A DNA stretch of 64,000 nt. Origin: Rhodospirillaceae bacterium (lineage in GTDB: Bacteria; Pseudomonadota; Alphaproteobacteria; Rhodospirillales; UBA2165). Of this stretch, positions 1 through 9,462 are shown in pieces. The position numbers and the translations under genes are program-made. The DNA is taken from the NCBI GenBank assembly GCA_947467145.1, contig CANIGJ010000010.1:21396-85395 (forward strand), read 5' to 3'. The notes below the pieces were generated by a model. The model did not search any database and was not told the DNA's origin. It was given only the letters and a program-made list of their open reading frames with translations. Position 1 is the first letter of the stretch, and each line of letters starts with the position of its first letter.

Positions 1-2
1 CG

Positions 3-401
3 GTCGACGATTATCAGACCATCACCTACATCATCGAGGCGGTGGAAACCGAAGGTGGGCGTCCCGGCACGATCGATGTCGAAGACCTGCGCATCATGCC
101 GCCCGGCGAATATGACCGCGTCGATGACGGTTGGTGGGGCATCGCTTCGCACGACCAGGATCGCGCCGCGCAGGAAAGCCAGGGCGTGATCGCCGATCGC
201 ACTAAGGAGACGCTCGGCACATCCGATCGCGGCATCGCGATGCTGCGCCAGATGCTGCTCGACGGCATCAAGGCGATCGACGCCGGCAGCGATCCCATGG
301 GCATCATCCGCGATATGGGCCAGAACAACCTGATCGCGTTCGATGCGAAGAAGAACTTCACCGATATGGATAAGGATTATTCCGGCAAGGCGGTTGGCTA
401 A
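3..401 (+). CDS. Rieske non-heme iron oxygenase alpha subunit (phthalate 4,5-dioxygenase/LigXa-like), C-terminal part; truncated by window start
   Basis: Frame is open from position 3 (VDDYQT...). QDRAAQESQG-IADRTKETLGTSDRGIAMLR matches the C-terminal motif of the other Rieske genes in this window. Confidence 0.85.
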   Translation, partial: VDDYQTITYIIEAVETEGGRPGTIDVEDLRIMPPGEYDRVDDGWWGIASHDQDRAAQESQGVIADRTKETLGTSDRGIAMLRQMLLDGIKAIDAGSDPMGIIRDMGQNNLIAFDAKKNFTDMDKDYSGKAVG

Positions 402-440
402 CCAATCGCGCCAATAAGCAATTTCGATAGGGAGGGTTAC

Positions 441-1523
441 ATGACGTTATTCTTGCGCCTCGGCGTTTACGCCGCAGGCTTGGCACTCGTTCTGGGCGCG
501 TTGCCCGCGTTGGCAGCTGAACGCAGCCCGGCACTGACCGAGTTGATTGCGGCGGCGAACAAGGAAGGCAAGCTTGAGCTGCAGTGGGGCTCGACCTTCC
601 TCGGCGGCAATGAGGGGACGAAGGAAATCACCGCGGCGATGAATGCCCTGTTCGGCACCAAGATCGTCACGCGCTTTACGCCGGGCCCGAATGCCAACGA
701 GTCGCTCAATGCGATCATCGTGGCGAACAGCGTCAATCGACCGTCGCCGACGGATGTGTTCATCGGATCGAACCAGCATGGCGCGTTGATTTTCGAGAAG
801 AAGGTCGGCACGGAAGTCGATTGGACGAAATTTTTGCCGGGCCGTATCGACGCGTCGTCCATGGAGGCAAATACCGCGGCGTTGCGCGCGTTTACGGTGA
901 TCCCGGGCGGTATCGTCTACAACACGCAGCGTGCACCTTATCCGCCGACCAAGCTTGAAGACCTGCTCAAGCCGGAATGGAAGGGCAAGATCGCATCCAC
1001 GCCGTATGCGTCGGGCTTCGATCTGTTGTCGTCGACCGATGTCTGGGGCAGCGAACGCACGATTGAATTCGCGCGTAAGCTGACCACGCAGATGGCTGGC
1101 CTCATGCGCTGCAACGAGCTTGAACGCATCGCGTCCGGCGAATTCATCGCCTATGCGATGGATTGCACCGGTACGGATTGGCAGGAACTGAAACGCAAGG
1201 GTGCGCCGATTGCCCACGTGATCCCCACCGATTTCCCGGCGGTGCGGTTCAATTATGCGACGGTTCCGAAAAACGCCGCCAATCCCAATGCGGCAAAACT
1301 GTTCGTGACGTTCCTCCACACGCCGGAGGGCCAGAAGCTTCTTTGGAAGCATCAGACGTCCGATCTGCATACCTATCCTGAATCACAGATGGGCGTGTTC
1401 GTGCATGATCTCGAAGCCAAGGGCGTGAAATTCTATCAGTTCACCGTTCCCTGGTATCTCGAACATCCGGAAGCCCGCGAGGGCACGGCCAAGATCGTGC
1501 CGATCCTGACCGGCGGGAAATAA
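441..1523 (+). CDS. ABC transporter substrate-binding protein (Fe3+/thiamine/polyamine-type, SBP_bac_6-like), orphan
   Basis: Signal peptide (ALA-A); LLKPEWKGKIA and NAANPNAAKLFVTFL motifs; GGAGG RBS. Confidence 0.85.
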   Translation: MTLFLRLGVYAAGLALVLGALPALAAERSPALTELIAAANKEGKLELQWGSTFLGGNEGTKEITAAMNALFGTKIVTRFTPGPNANESLNAIIVANSVNRPSPTDVFIGSNQHGALIFEKKVGTEVDWTKFLPGRIDASSMEANTAALRAFTVIPGGIVYNTQRAPYPPTKLEDLLKPEWKGKIASTPYASGFDLLSSTDVWGSERTIEFARKLTTQMAGLMRCNELERIASGEFIAYAMDCTGTDWQELKRKGAPIAHVIPTDFPAVRFNYATVPKNAANPNAAKLFVTFLHTPEGQKLLWKHQTSDLHTYPESQMGVFVHDLEAKGVKFYQFTVPWYLEHPEAREGTAKIVPILTGGK

Positions 1524-1526
1524 AAG

Positions 1527-1554
1527 AAGGGGCGGCCAAATGGCCGCCCTTTTT
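1527..1554. terminator. Intrinsic terminator, probably bidirectional
   Basis: GGGCGGCCA-AA-TGGCCGCCC stem with T run after and A-rich run before, between convergent genes. Confidence 0.75.
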
Positions 1555-2206
1555 ATTTGAATCGCTCGAACAGCTCGAAGGTGCGCGCATCGGATAGATC
1601 GCCGGCGCCATTGGGTTTGCGGCGCCCGGTCGCGAAGCCATGCGGCTCCGGATAAAGATGGAGCGTGATCGCCGGGTTCTTCTTGGCTTCCGCGATGATC
1701 CAGTCGCGTTGCTCTTCGGTATAGGTCCAATCGTGCTCGGGCATATGCAGCAGGATCGGATCCTTGATGGTTTTGAATTCGTCCAGGTAGTCGTGCATCA
1801 AGGTGCCGTAATAGCTGGCCGCCGCATCGGCGCCGAGGCGCGTGACACTGACCAGCGCCGTATTGCCGCCCATGCAATAGCCGGTGGTGAGCACCTTGCC
1901 GTTGCATTCGGGCATGGCGCGGCCAGCTTCCATGGCGCTCTTGGTGACCTTGATGCCGGTCGTCATCTTGAAATTGTCGAGATAGGTGTGGTCCGCACCG
2001 CGTTCCACATCCCAGTAGATGTCGGGAACGATGACCAGGTAGCCGCGCTCGGCCCATTCGTCGGCCATCTGCTCGTACAAGGGGCGCAGGCCGTGGACAT
2101 CGAGTCCGACAACGACGACAGGGCCGCGTCCACCCTTGGGCTTGGAGACGTAGGCATCGAACGGATTGCCCGCGCTGTCTTTGAGTTTGATGGTTTCGCC
2201 GTTCAA
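1553..2206 (-). CDS. Dienelactone hydrolase family protein
   Basis: GYCMGG nucleophile motif, YYG, C-terminal HGF; TTG start with GGAGG RBS. Confidence 0.85.
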   Translation of the reverse strand: MNGETIKLKDSAGNPFDAYVSKPKGGRGPVVVVGLDVHGLRPLYEQMADEWAERGYLVIVPDIYWDVERGADHTYLDNFKMTTGIKVTKSAMEAGRAMPECNGKVLTTGYCMGGNTALVSVTRLGADAAASYYGTLMHDYLDEFKTIKDPILLHMPEHDWTYTEEQRDWIIAEAKKNPAITLHLYPEPHGFATGRRKPNGAGDLSDARTFELFERFK

Positions 2207-2231
2207 CGCGTCCCTCCAATTTTTGTGCTTA

Positions 2232-2246
2232 TTTCTCAGTGAGAAA
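2232..2246. promoter_or_regulatory. Palindromic operator TTTCTCA-G-TGAGAAA (putative IclR site)
   Basis: Perfect 7-1-7 inverted repeat in an AT-rich divergent intergenic region; same consensus as 7303-7317. Confidence 0.65.
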
Positions 2247-2340
2247 CAAAATTATTTTAATAGGCAATTGCTTTCGAACCAGACCATGGGTAGCTAATCT
2301 AGTCAACTGAACGGCCCGGCCAGACACCCCGAAAGAGAGC

Positions 2341-3321
2341 ATGATGACCACGCAAGCGAAACCCGGCCGCATCGACGTTCATCATCATCTCTGCCCGCCG
2401 CAATATCTGGTCGAGGCGAGCAAATCCGTTTCGTTGTTTCCGGCGTTGCAGGACTGGACGCCGCAACGCTCGATCGACGACATGGATAGCGGCGGCGTCG
2501 AAACGGCGATCCTGTCGATGAGTACGCCGGGCGTGTGGTTCGGCGATGCCGCGGCGGCACGCACCCTTGCGCGCGTCTGCAACGATTATATGGCACGCCT
2601 GGTTGCCGATCATCCGGGCCGCTTCGGTTTCTTCGCCTGCCTGCCGATGCCCGATATCGACGGGTCTTTGCGCGAGCTTGAATACGCGCTCGATGTGCTG
2701 AAGGCCGATGGCGTTTGCCTGTTCACCAGCTACGGCACGCAATATCTGGGCGATGCGGCTTTCTTTCCGGTGCTGGAGGAAATCAACCGTCGCAAAGCCA
2801 TCGTCTATACCCATCCGACGATCAGCCCCTGCGTCGTCAATCTGTTGCCGGTCGTGTCCGAAGCGATCGTCGAATACGGCACCGATACGACGCGCGCGAT
2901 CGCCAGCTTGGTATTCAGCGGTGTCGCGGCCAAGCTGCAGGACACGCAATTCATCTGGTCGCATGCCGGCGGCACGATGCCGTACCTGATCAGCCGCTTC
3001 ACCCAGCATATGCGGGGCAAGCCGGCCAGTGTTGCGGCGCTGCCGAACGGCATGCTGGCGGAAATCCAACGCCATTATTACGACACCGCCCAATCGACCC
3101 ATCATCCGGTGACTTTGAGCGCCCTGAAGCATCTCGTTGGGGCGTCGCAGATCGTGTTCGGCACCGATTTTCCCTGGGGTCGCGCAAAGGTGCACGTTGA
3201 CGGTCTCGACGGATGCGATTTCACCGCAGAAGATAGGCGCAAGATCGATCGCGAGAACGCCGTGCGGCTTCTCGGCATGCCGTTGCGCTCGGACCAATTG
3301 CGTTCAAGTAAGGCTCGCTAA
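2341..3321 (+). CDS. Amidohydrolase-family metal-dependent enzyme (6-methylsalicylate decarboxylase/ACMSD-like)
   Basis: IDVHHH, YTHP, SHAGG, YYDTA and FGTDFP motifs. Confidence 0.85.
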   Translation: MMTTQAKPGRIDVHHHLCPPQYLVEASKSVSLFPALQDWTPQRSIDDMDSGGVETAILSMSTPGVWFGDAAAARTLARVCNDYMARLVADHPGRFGFFACLPMPDIDGSLRELEYALDVLKADGVCLFTSYGTQYLGDAAFFPVLEEINRRKAIVYTHPTISPCVVNLLPVVSEAIVEYGTDTTRAIASLVFSGVAAKLQDTQFIWSHAGGTMPYLISRFTQHMRGKPASVAALPNGMLAEIQRHYYDTAQSTHHPVTLSALKHLVGASQIVFGTDFPWGRAKVHVDGLDGCDFTAEDRRKIDRENAVRLLGMPLRSDQLRSSKAR

Positions 3322-3339
3322 ACACAGGAAGGAAAGCTC

Positions 3340-4329
3340 GTGGCTAAGCTAAAACTATCCATCGCGGTTGGGGATTATGATCGCGTCCGCCCGCTGGCCA
3401 GCGGCGCCGTGCAGATCGATGGTGTCGATCCGATCATGATGGCGCTCGATCCGGAAGAGATCTTCTTCCGTGCGATCCGCAGCGCCGAGTTCGATGTGTG
3501 CGAGCTGTCGCTCAGCAGCTTCACGGTCAAAACCGCGGCCGGCAATTCGCCCTATATCGGCATCCCGGTGTTTCCGTCCCGCGCCTTCCGCCACACGTCG
3601 GTTTACATCCGCACCGATCGCGGCATCAAGGAGCCGAAGGATCTGGCCGGCCGCGTCATCGGCAGCCCGGAATATCAGCTCACCGCCTGCGTGTGGGCCC
3701 GCGCCATCTTGCAAGACGATCACGGCTTGCAGCCGGAGACGGTAACCTGGATGCGCGGCGGCATCGAGACGCCGGGTCGGATCGAGAAGATCGATCTCAA
3801 TCTGCCGGGCATCAAGCTCATCGATGCGCCCGAAGGCAAAAGCCTGTCGCAAGCCCTGGCGGATGGCGATATCGACGGTATGGTGACGCCGCGCGCACCG
3901 TCCTGCTTCGATCGCGGGCATCCCAACGTCGATTGGCTGTTCAAGGATCCGGTGGCGGCCGCGACCGACTATTTCAAGCGCACCGGCATTTTCCCGATCA
4001 TGCATATCCTGGGCGTGAAAAAGGAACTGGCCGAGAAACATCCGTGGTTGCCGTCAGCGCTGTACAAGGCGTTCGAACAATCCAAGACCTTTGCTTTGAC
4101 TAAGCTGACCGATACCTCGGCGACCAAGATCACTTTGCCGTTTGTTGAGGAACGCTTGCGCGATGCCCGCAAGCTGATGGGCCACGATTTCTGGTCTTAT
4201 GGCTTGGATGCCAATCACAAGACGCTCGATACGTTCCTCAAGCATCATCATGCGCAAGGCTTGTCGTCGCGGCGCGTGAAGCCGGAGGAATTGTTCCATC
4301 CGGCGACGACCGAGACGTTTAAGATCTGA
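3340..4329 (+). CDS. 4,5-dihydroxyphthalate decarboxylase-like protein (OphC/Pht5 family, SBP fold)
   Basis: GDYDRVRPL, PEEIFFRA, FDVCELSLSS, PVFPSRAFRH, PEYQLTA and GIFPIMH motifs; no signal peptide. Confidence 0.8.
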   Translation: MAKLKLSIAVGDYDRVRPLASGAVQIDGVDPIMMALDPEEIFFRAIRSAEFDVCELSLSSFTVKTAAGNSPYIGIPVFPSRAFRHTSVYIRTDRGIKEPKDLAGRVIGSPEYQLTACVWARAILQDDHGLQPETVTWMRGGIETPGRIEKIDLNLPGIKLIDAPEGKSLSQALADGDIDGMVTPRAPSCFDRGHPNVDWLFKDPVAAATDYFKRTGIFPIMHILGVKKELAEKHPWLPSALYKAFEQSKTFALTKLTDTSATKITLPFVEERLRDARKLMGHDFWSYGLDANHKTLDTFLKHHHAQGLSSRRVKPEELFHPATTETFKI

Positions 4330-4342
4330 TCGGAGACAGTCG

Positions 4343-4852
4343 ATGTCGAACGAACGCGCCCAAGTCCTCAGCCAGCACAATTTCTGGGGCGAGCTGCTCG
4401 CACTGCGCGATGAGCAGCGCGAGAATCGTAAGACCGCGATCCAGGTCGTGCGCGGCGATGAGTTACCGCAGGAGATCAATCAACAAGGATTGATGAAGTG
4501 GTACCTGCATCCCGGGATCAAGGATACGGTGCTATCCACCTTGCTGTTCTTCGAGCAGGAAATCCCGCCGGGCAGCCGCTCGGGCCGGTACAAATTCCAG
4601 GGCGAACAGGTGATCTACATCTTGGAAGGCCAGGGCTACACCCTGCTGGACGGCGTGAAGCATAATTGGGTGGCGGGTGACGTCCTCAACCTGCCGATCC
4701 GCAAGAAGGGTGTGGTGGTCCAGCATGTAAACACCGATCCGGACAAGCCGGCGAAGTTCATCGCGTGCGAGCCGAATTTCCTTGAATGCACCGGCGTCGA
4801 TCGTGGGTCGGGGTTTGAACAGATTGAGGATGCACCGGAGTTCCGCCGATGA
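4343..4852 (+). CDS. Cupin domain protein with degenerate metal motif
   Basis: EIPPGSRSG...VIYILEGQGYTLLDG...WVAGDVLNLP...QHVN; the HxH position reads YKF. Confidence 0.8.
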   Translation: MSNERAQVLSQHNFWGELLALRDEQRENRKTAIQVVRGDELPQEINQQGLMKWYLHPGIKDTVLSTLLFFEQEIPPGSRSGRYKFQGEQVIYILEGQGYTLLDGVKHNWVAGDVLNLPIRKKGVVVQHVNTDPDKPAKFIACEPNFLECTGVDRGSGFEQIEDAPEFRR

Positions 4853-5379
4853 GCGAGATGGAACGTACGCGCCAGCGCGAACGCGAAAAGCCGACCGTTA
4901 ATCCCTACGAAGCGCAGATGGTGCTCGACCGCGAATTTGCCGAACGGCAGATGACCGGCCGCGTGTTGGTGAAAGAGGGCGATTGCCCGCAGGAATTGAC
5001 CCGCCAGGGGCGTCTACGTTTCTATCTCGATCCGACGATCAAGGACACGCCGCTGCAGCATTGGGTGGTCTTCACCCATGAAGTGCGCACGCAGTCCGGC
5101 AAACATCGCCATCAAGGCGGGCTGGTGATCTATGTCATCGACGGCTTCGGTTATTCGATCGTCGACGGCGAAAAGGTCGAGTGGAAAAAGGGCGACCTCG
5201 TTCTGCTGCCGATGAAAGAGAACGGCGTCGAGCATCAGCATTTCAACTCGAGTCCGGACAAGCCGGCGGTGTGGATGGCCTTCATCCACATGCCGCTGCG
5301 CGAATATGTCGCGTCGGAAATGACGCAGTCCGAGGTTTCGCCCGAATACCGGCAGCAGGAAGCGAAGGGCGGCGTTTAG
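4849..5379 (+). CDS. Cupin domain protein with intact His triad (gentisate dioxygenase-like domain)
   Basis: SGKHRHQGGLVIYVIDGFGYSIVDG...WKKGDLVLLP...EHQHFN; ATGA overlap with the upstream cupin. Confidence 0.8.
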   Translation: MSEMERTRQREREKPTVNPYEAQMVLDREFAERQMTGRVLVKEGDCPQELTRQGRLRFYLDPTIKDTPLQHWVVFTHEVRTQSGKHRHQGGLVIYVIDGFGYSIVDGEKVEWKKGDLVLLPMKENGVEHQHFNSSPDKPAVWMAFIHMPLREYVASEMTQSEVSPEYRQQEAKGGV

Positions 5380-5398
5380 CCCGCCCTTTACCGCCGCA

Positions 5399-6394
5399 TC
5401 AGATTTTGATGTTGAGGAAGCGCTCCGCGTTCTCATAGAGGACGCGGTTCAACTGCGCCGGCGTGAGACCCAGCGGATCGAAGGTCTTGGCCGAATCTTT
5501 CTGGCCGGCCATGAACGGATAGTCCGAGCCGACGAAGATCTGCGTTTCACCGAACATATCCATCAGATAGCGCAGCAGGACGGGATCGAAGGCGAGATTG
5601 TCGTAATAGAATTTGCGCGCGGTCTCGATCGGCGAAGCGAAGCCTTTGTTAAGCGGCGGCAATTTGGTCCAGCCCGATTGCAGGCGCGGCAGGAAGGCGG
5701 ACAAGGTGCCGCCGCCATGGCTGAAGCCGATGCGCAGTTTCGGGAATTTCTCCAGCAGCCGTCCGGTGATGCAGCCCGCCGCGGCGAAACCGACGTCGGA
5801 CGGATGGCAGATATAGGCTTCGCTCTGTTCGGGGCCGACCAGGCGATTGGTGCCGATCGGATGCAGCGCATGGACGAATATCGCCAGATCGTTCTTCTCG
5901 GCTTCGGCATAGAAGACGTCGAAGGATGGATCGGCCGGCGACTTGCCGAGGATGTTGCTACCGATCTCGATGCCCGACAGATTGTATGTCGACCTGAGCG
6001 ACGATACTTCCTTGGCGGCCAGTTCGGGGTCCTGCAGCGGCACCATGCCGAGCCCGCCGAAACGCGTCGGATGTTTGGTGACCATATCCGAGATGACGCC
6101 GTTGATGTGGCGCGATAGGCCGAGCGCGTGTGGCGCATCGATCCAATAGGCCAGCAGTTCAGGCATCGGCGAGACGACCTGCAGCAGCGTACCTTCGGCG
6201 TCCATATCACCAATGCGGCGATCCATATCCCAGCAGCGGCTATCGACCAGGCGGAAGTCGCTCTTGCCGGATTTGATCATCGCCTGAGTATTTTCGCGAT
6301 GTTCCATGCCCGGCCATTTGTCGGTGACGCAGGACGGCGGCTGGGCCGGGAAGTCGGCCGGGACGATATGGCAATGGACGTCGATGGTTTTCAT
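5399..6394 (-). CDS. Amidohydrolase family, aminocarboxymuconate-semialdehyde decarboxylase (ACMSD)-like
   Basis: IDVHCH, QVVSPMP, VPLQDP, IEIGSN, FVHA, SHGGG and GSDYPF motifs; start at MKTIDVHCH after GGAGG. Confidence 0.85.
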   Translation of the reverse strand: MKTIDVHCHIVPADFPAQPPSCVTDKWPGMEHRENTQAMIKSGKSDFRLVDSRCWDMDRRIGDMDAEGTLLQVVSPMPELLAYWIDAPHALGLSRHINGVISDMVTKHPTRFGGLGMVPLQDPELAAKEVSSLRSTYNLSGIEIGSNILGKSPADPSFDVFYAEAEKNDLAIFVHALHPIGTNRLVGPEQSEAYICHPSDVGFAAAGCITGRLLEKFPKLRIGFSHGGGTLSAFLPRLQSGWTKLPPLNKGFASPIETARKFYYDNLAFDPVLLRYLMDMFGETQIFVGSDYPFMAGQKDSAKTFDPLGLTPAQLNRVLYENAERFLNIKI

Positions 6395-6421
6395 CAATAG
6401 GCCTCCCAAAATTCTTGAATG

Positions 6422-7258
6422 TTATCTATCAGCGCGCGCACCCAGGCGCCGCGACAGCTTTTGTGCCGCCGCGACCAGTTCGCGCGCCGGCATGCCGTCC
6501 CACGACACGTCGAGGCGATCGATCACGCCGATGGCGGAGATCGCCGCGACCATGCGATTGCTGATGTCGAAGACGGGCACGCTCAGTGCGGCGCGGCCCG
6601 GATCGACGATGTTCTCCGCGATGGCGATGCCGCGCCCGCGAAATTGCGCGAGCATGGTATCGACGTCGCTCACGGTCTTGAGCCCGGCGCGTTCCAGCAT
6701 CTTGTCGGGCCGGGCCAATTCGGCCTGCATGATTTCCTGCGTCGTCTGGCGTGGCAGGAACGCGGCGAAGCAGCGTCCGAACGACGAGGTGAGCAGGGGC
6801 ATCACGGTGCCGATGCGGATCGTCAGCGACATGATGTCGGGCGTATCGGCGATCCGCACGATGGTGGGGCCGTAGTTCGCCCAGACCGCCATCGATATGG
6901 TCGTGCCGAGCAGATCGCGCAGATCGTCGAGGATCGGTTGCGCGAGATCCATGATCTCGATGCGGCGCATGGCGGCGAGCCCGAGATCGAGCGCGAACGG
7001 GCCGAGATCGTAGCGCCCGCCCATTTCGTGTTGGATGACGAAGCCGCAGCGGATGAAGCTCGCCAGGTACTTATGCGCCTTGCTGGGCGGCATGCCGGCG
7101 GCGGCGGCGAGCGTGGTGAGCGGCAAGGCGTTCGGCGCCTGGGCCAGCACCTTCAGCAGCGGCACGCCGATCTCGATGGAATTGATGCCGACGCTGGCTT
7201 TCTCGCCGGACTTTCCAGCGCTGGCGGAGCCGTCCGTTTGATTGACAACGCGGGGCAC
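6422..7258 (-). CDS. IclR family transcriptional regulator
   Basis: N-terminal HTH (LTTLAAAAGMPPSKAHKYLASF...RYDLGP); effector-domain motifs LLTSSFGR and ALSVPVFD. Confidence 0.9.
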   Translation of the reverse strand: MPRVVNQTDGSASAGKSGEKASVGINSIEIGVPLLKVLAQAPNALPLTTLAAAAGMPPSKAHKYLASFIRCGFVIQHEMGGRYDLGPFALDLGLAAMRRIEIMDLAQPILDDLRDLLGTTISMAVWANYGPTIVRIADTPDIMSLTIRIGTVMPLLTSSFGRCFAAFLPRQTTQEIMQAELARPDKMLERAGLKTVSDVDTMLAQFRGRGIAIAENIVDPGRAALSVPVFDISNRMVAAISAIGVIDRLDVSWDGMPARELVAAAQKLSRRLGARADR

Positions 7259-7300
7259 GCATGGTCTCCTGAGAAATCTTATTTCTTCGTAGTTATCAAA

Positions 7301-7319
7301 ATTTTCTTAATAAGAAAAT
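7301..7319. promoter_or_regulatory. Palindromic operator ATTTTCTTA-A-TAAGAAAAT (putative IclR site)
   Basis: Perfect 9-1-9 inverted repeat between iclR and the divergent hydrolase gene. Confidence 0.7.
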
Positions 7320-7343
7320 ACCTATTTTCGAGGAGCAAGCGCT

Positions 7344-8222
7344 ATGGCTGAGTTGCGGTCCCGTTTTGTCGTCGCCAACGGTGTGCGGACGCACTACACC
7401 GAATCCGGTGGCAATGGCCCGGTCATCGTCGCTTTGCATGGCGGTGGCGCAGGATCGTCCGGTCAGGCCGGCATGGCGCCGCTGATGAATGTCCTGCCGC
7501 CCGAATATCGCGTGATCGCGCCCGACTCGGTGGGCGGTTTCGGCCTTACCGACGTCAATGCATCGTGCAAATACGGCATCGGCAGTCGCGCCGACCATCT
7601 GGCCGATTTCGTCAATGCCCTGGGCTTGGATCGGTTCACGATCCTCGGCAATTCGCAGGGCGCCTGGGTGGCGGCACGCTACGCCATCCTGCATCCGGAC
7701 CGCATCGAACGCATGATCCTGCTCGGCACCGCCACTATCGGCCTCGCCATGGGCTTCCCGGAAGAGCAGACGCCGGCCATGGGCGCGCTCCTGGGCTACG
7801 ACGGCACGCGCGAGGCGATGCGCCGCCTGCTGCATGGCCTCGTCTATCACCAAGACCTGATCACCGAAGAGCTGATCGATCTGCGTTTCGCGTCGGCCTC
7901 GCGCCCGGGCGCGATGGATGCCACCCGCGCGGCAGCTAAGGGCAACAAGTATATGCAGACCGATCCGGTGCTGGCCACGCAGTTCGATATGCGCGTCTCG
8001 CTGCCGGCCGCCACCAAGGCGCTGCCCACGATCGTGATCTGGGGCGAAGACGACGGTTTTGCGCCGGTCAGCCTGGGACGGAAGCTCGAACCACTTCTGC
8101 CGGCGGCGAAATTCCACTATATCGCCAAAGCCGGTCATCAGGTTCAGAATGACCAGCCGAAAGCGGTCGGCGATATCGTCGCAGCCTTCATGAAAACCGC
8201 CCCGGCGCCCGTACCCGCTTAA
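7344..8222 (+). CDS. Alpha/beta hydrolase, meta-cleavage product (C-C) hydrolase-like (BphD/MhpC family)
   Basis: LHGGGAG oxyanion motif, GNSQG nucleophile, WGEDD, GHQVQ. Confidence 0.8.
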   Translation: MAELRSRFVVANGVRTHYTESGGNGPVIVALHGGGAGSSGQAGMAPLMNVLPPEYRVIAPDSVGGFGLTDVNASCKYGIGSRADHLADFVNALGLDRFTILGNSQGAWVAARYAILHPDRIERMILLGTATIGLAMGFPEEQTPAMGALLGYDGTREAMRRLLHGLVYHQDLITEELIDLRFASASRPGAMDATRAAAKGNKYMQTDPVLATQFDMRVSLPAATKALPTIVIWGEDDGFAPVSLGRKLEPLLPAAKFHYIAKAGHQVQNDQPKAVGDIVAAFMKTAPAPVPA

Positions 8223-8278
8223 ATCCGGGAATTGGCGCACCAGAAGACGCGAAGTCACCAAGCGCGAAAGGTTGTGGA

Positions 8279-9433
8279 ATGCTGACCAAGGAGCAAAACG
8301 ACCGTCTGACCCAGGTCGGAGCAGGCACGCCGGGCGGCGAATTGTTGCGCCGCTATTGGCAACCGCTCTGCCCGACGGATGAGATCACCGAGGCCAATCC
8401 GAAAAAGCGCATCCGCATTCTCGGCGAAGACCTGCTCGTCTATCGCGACGCGGCCGGCAAGATCTATTGCGTCGCCGAATATTGCGCGCATCGCCATGCC
8501 TCGTTGTTCTTCGGTTTTGTCGAACCGGGCGGCATTCGCTGCTGCTATCACGGCTGGAAATACGATCACGGCGGTCAATGCATCGAGCAGCCTTTCGAGA
8601 AGGGCAACGCCGCCAGCAAGATCAAGATCCCGGCCTATCCGGTGCAGGAACTCGGCGGCTTGCTGTTCGTCTATATGGGGCCCGATCCGGCCAAAGCGCC
8701 GCTGCTGCCCCGCTGGGACGTGATGGCCCGCGACGATGCCAAACGCAATATCATCGTGCTGCCGATCCATAACTGCAATTGGTTGCAGATCCAGGAAAAC
8801 ACCGTCGACACGATCCATACCTATTACCTGCATGGTCATATGTCGGTGGTGAAGAACCTGCCGACCCTGGCGCAGGGCGGTTATTTCTATCGCCCCATCA
8901 CCGGCTTCGATTGGGCGGTGTGCCGCTGGGGTATCGAAAAGACCTGCACCTATGGCGGCGACAAGCCCGAGCTGGAAATCCGCCCGCCGCTGATTTTCCC
9001 GAACATCCTGCGCATTCCGGAAGGCCCGGTCGAGGCGCTGCATTTCCGCATCCCGGTCGATGACGAACGCACGCGCATCATCTGGGTCGGCTTGCGTATG
9101 GGTAGCGTACCTGGCCCGACGACATTCGAGTATGTTCCCGAAAAACCGATGAGCTACGGCGACGAGGAACTGCAGACGTTCTATGGCCAGGATCGCGTGG
9201 TCTGGGAAACCCAGGGCGCGATTTATGATCGTACGACCGAGAATCTCGGCGCGACGGATCGCGGGATCGTTATGTTCCGCCGCATGCTCGCCGAGCAGAT
9301 CGATCGGGTCGAGCGCGGCGAGGATCCGAACGTCGCCGTGGTCCACGATGAAGCCGAAAACAAGATGATCGTGTTCGAAAGCGCCACGCAGCCAGCCTAT
9401 GACAACGCCGAACACGTCTTTGTCGCGTCTTAA
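8279..9433 (+). CDS. Rieske non-heme iron oxygenase alpha subunit (phthalate 4,5-dioxygenase/LigXa-like)
   Basis: CAHR...CCYHGW Rieske ligands; ENTVDTIHTYYLH and QDR mononuclear Fe ligands. Confidence 0.9.
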   Translation: MLTKEQNDRLTQVGAGTPGGELLRRYWQPLCPTDEITEANPKKRIRILGEDLLVYRDAAGKIYCVAEYCAHRHASLFFGFVEPGGIRCCYHGWKYDHGGQCIEQPFEKGNAASKIKIPAYPVQELGGLLFVYMGPDPAKAPLLPRWDVMARDDAKRNIIVLPIHNCNWLQIQENTVDTIHTYYLHGHMSVVKNLPTLAQGGYFYRPITGFDWAVCRWGIEKTCTYGGDKPELEIRPPLIFPNILRIPEGPVEALHFRIPVDDERTRIIWVGLRMGSVPGPTTFEYVPEKPMSYGDEELQTFYGQDRVVWETQGAIYDRTTENLGATDRGIVMFRRMLAEQIDRVERGEDPNVAVVHDEAENKMIVFESATQPAYDNAEHVFVAS

Positions 9434-9462
9434 CCTGTAGCCGCGAACGCGGGAGATAGATC

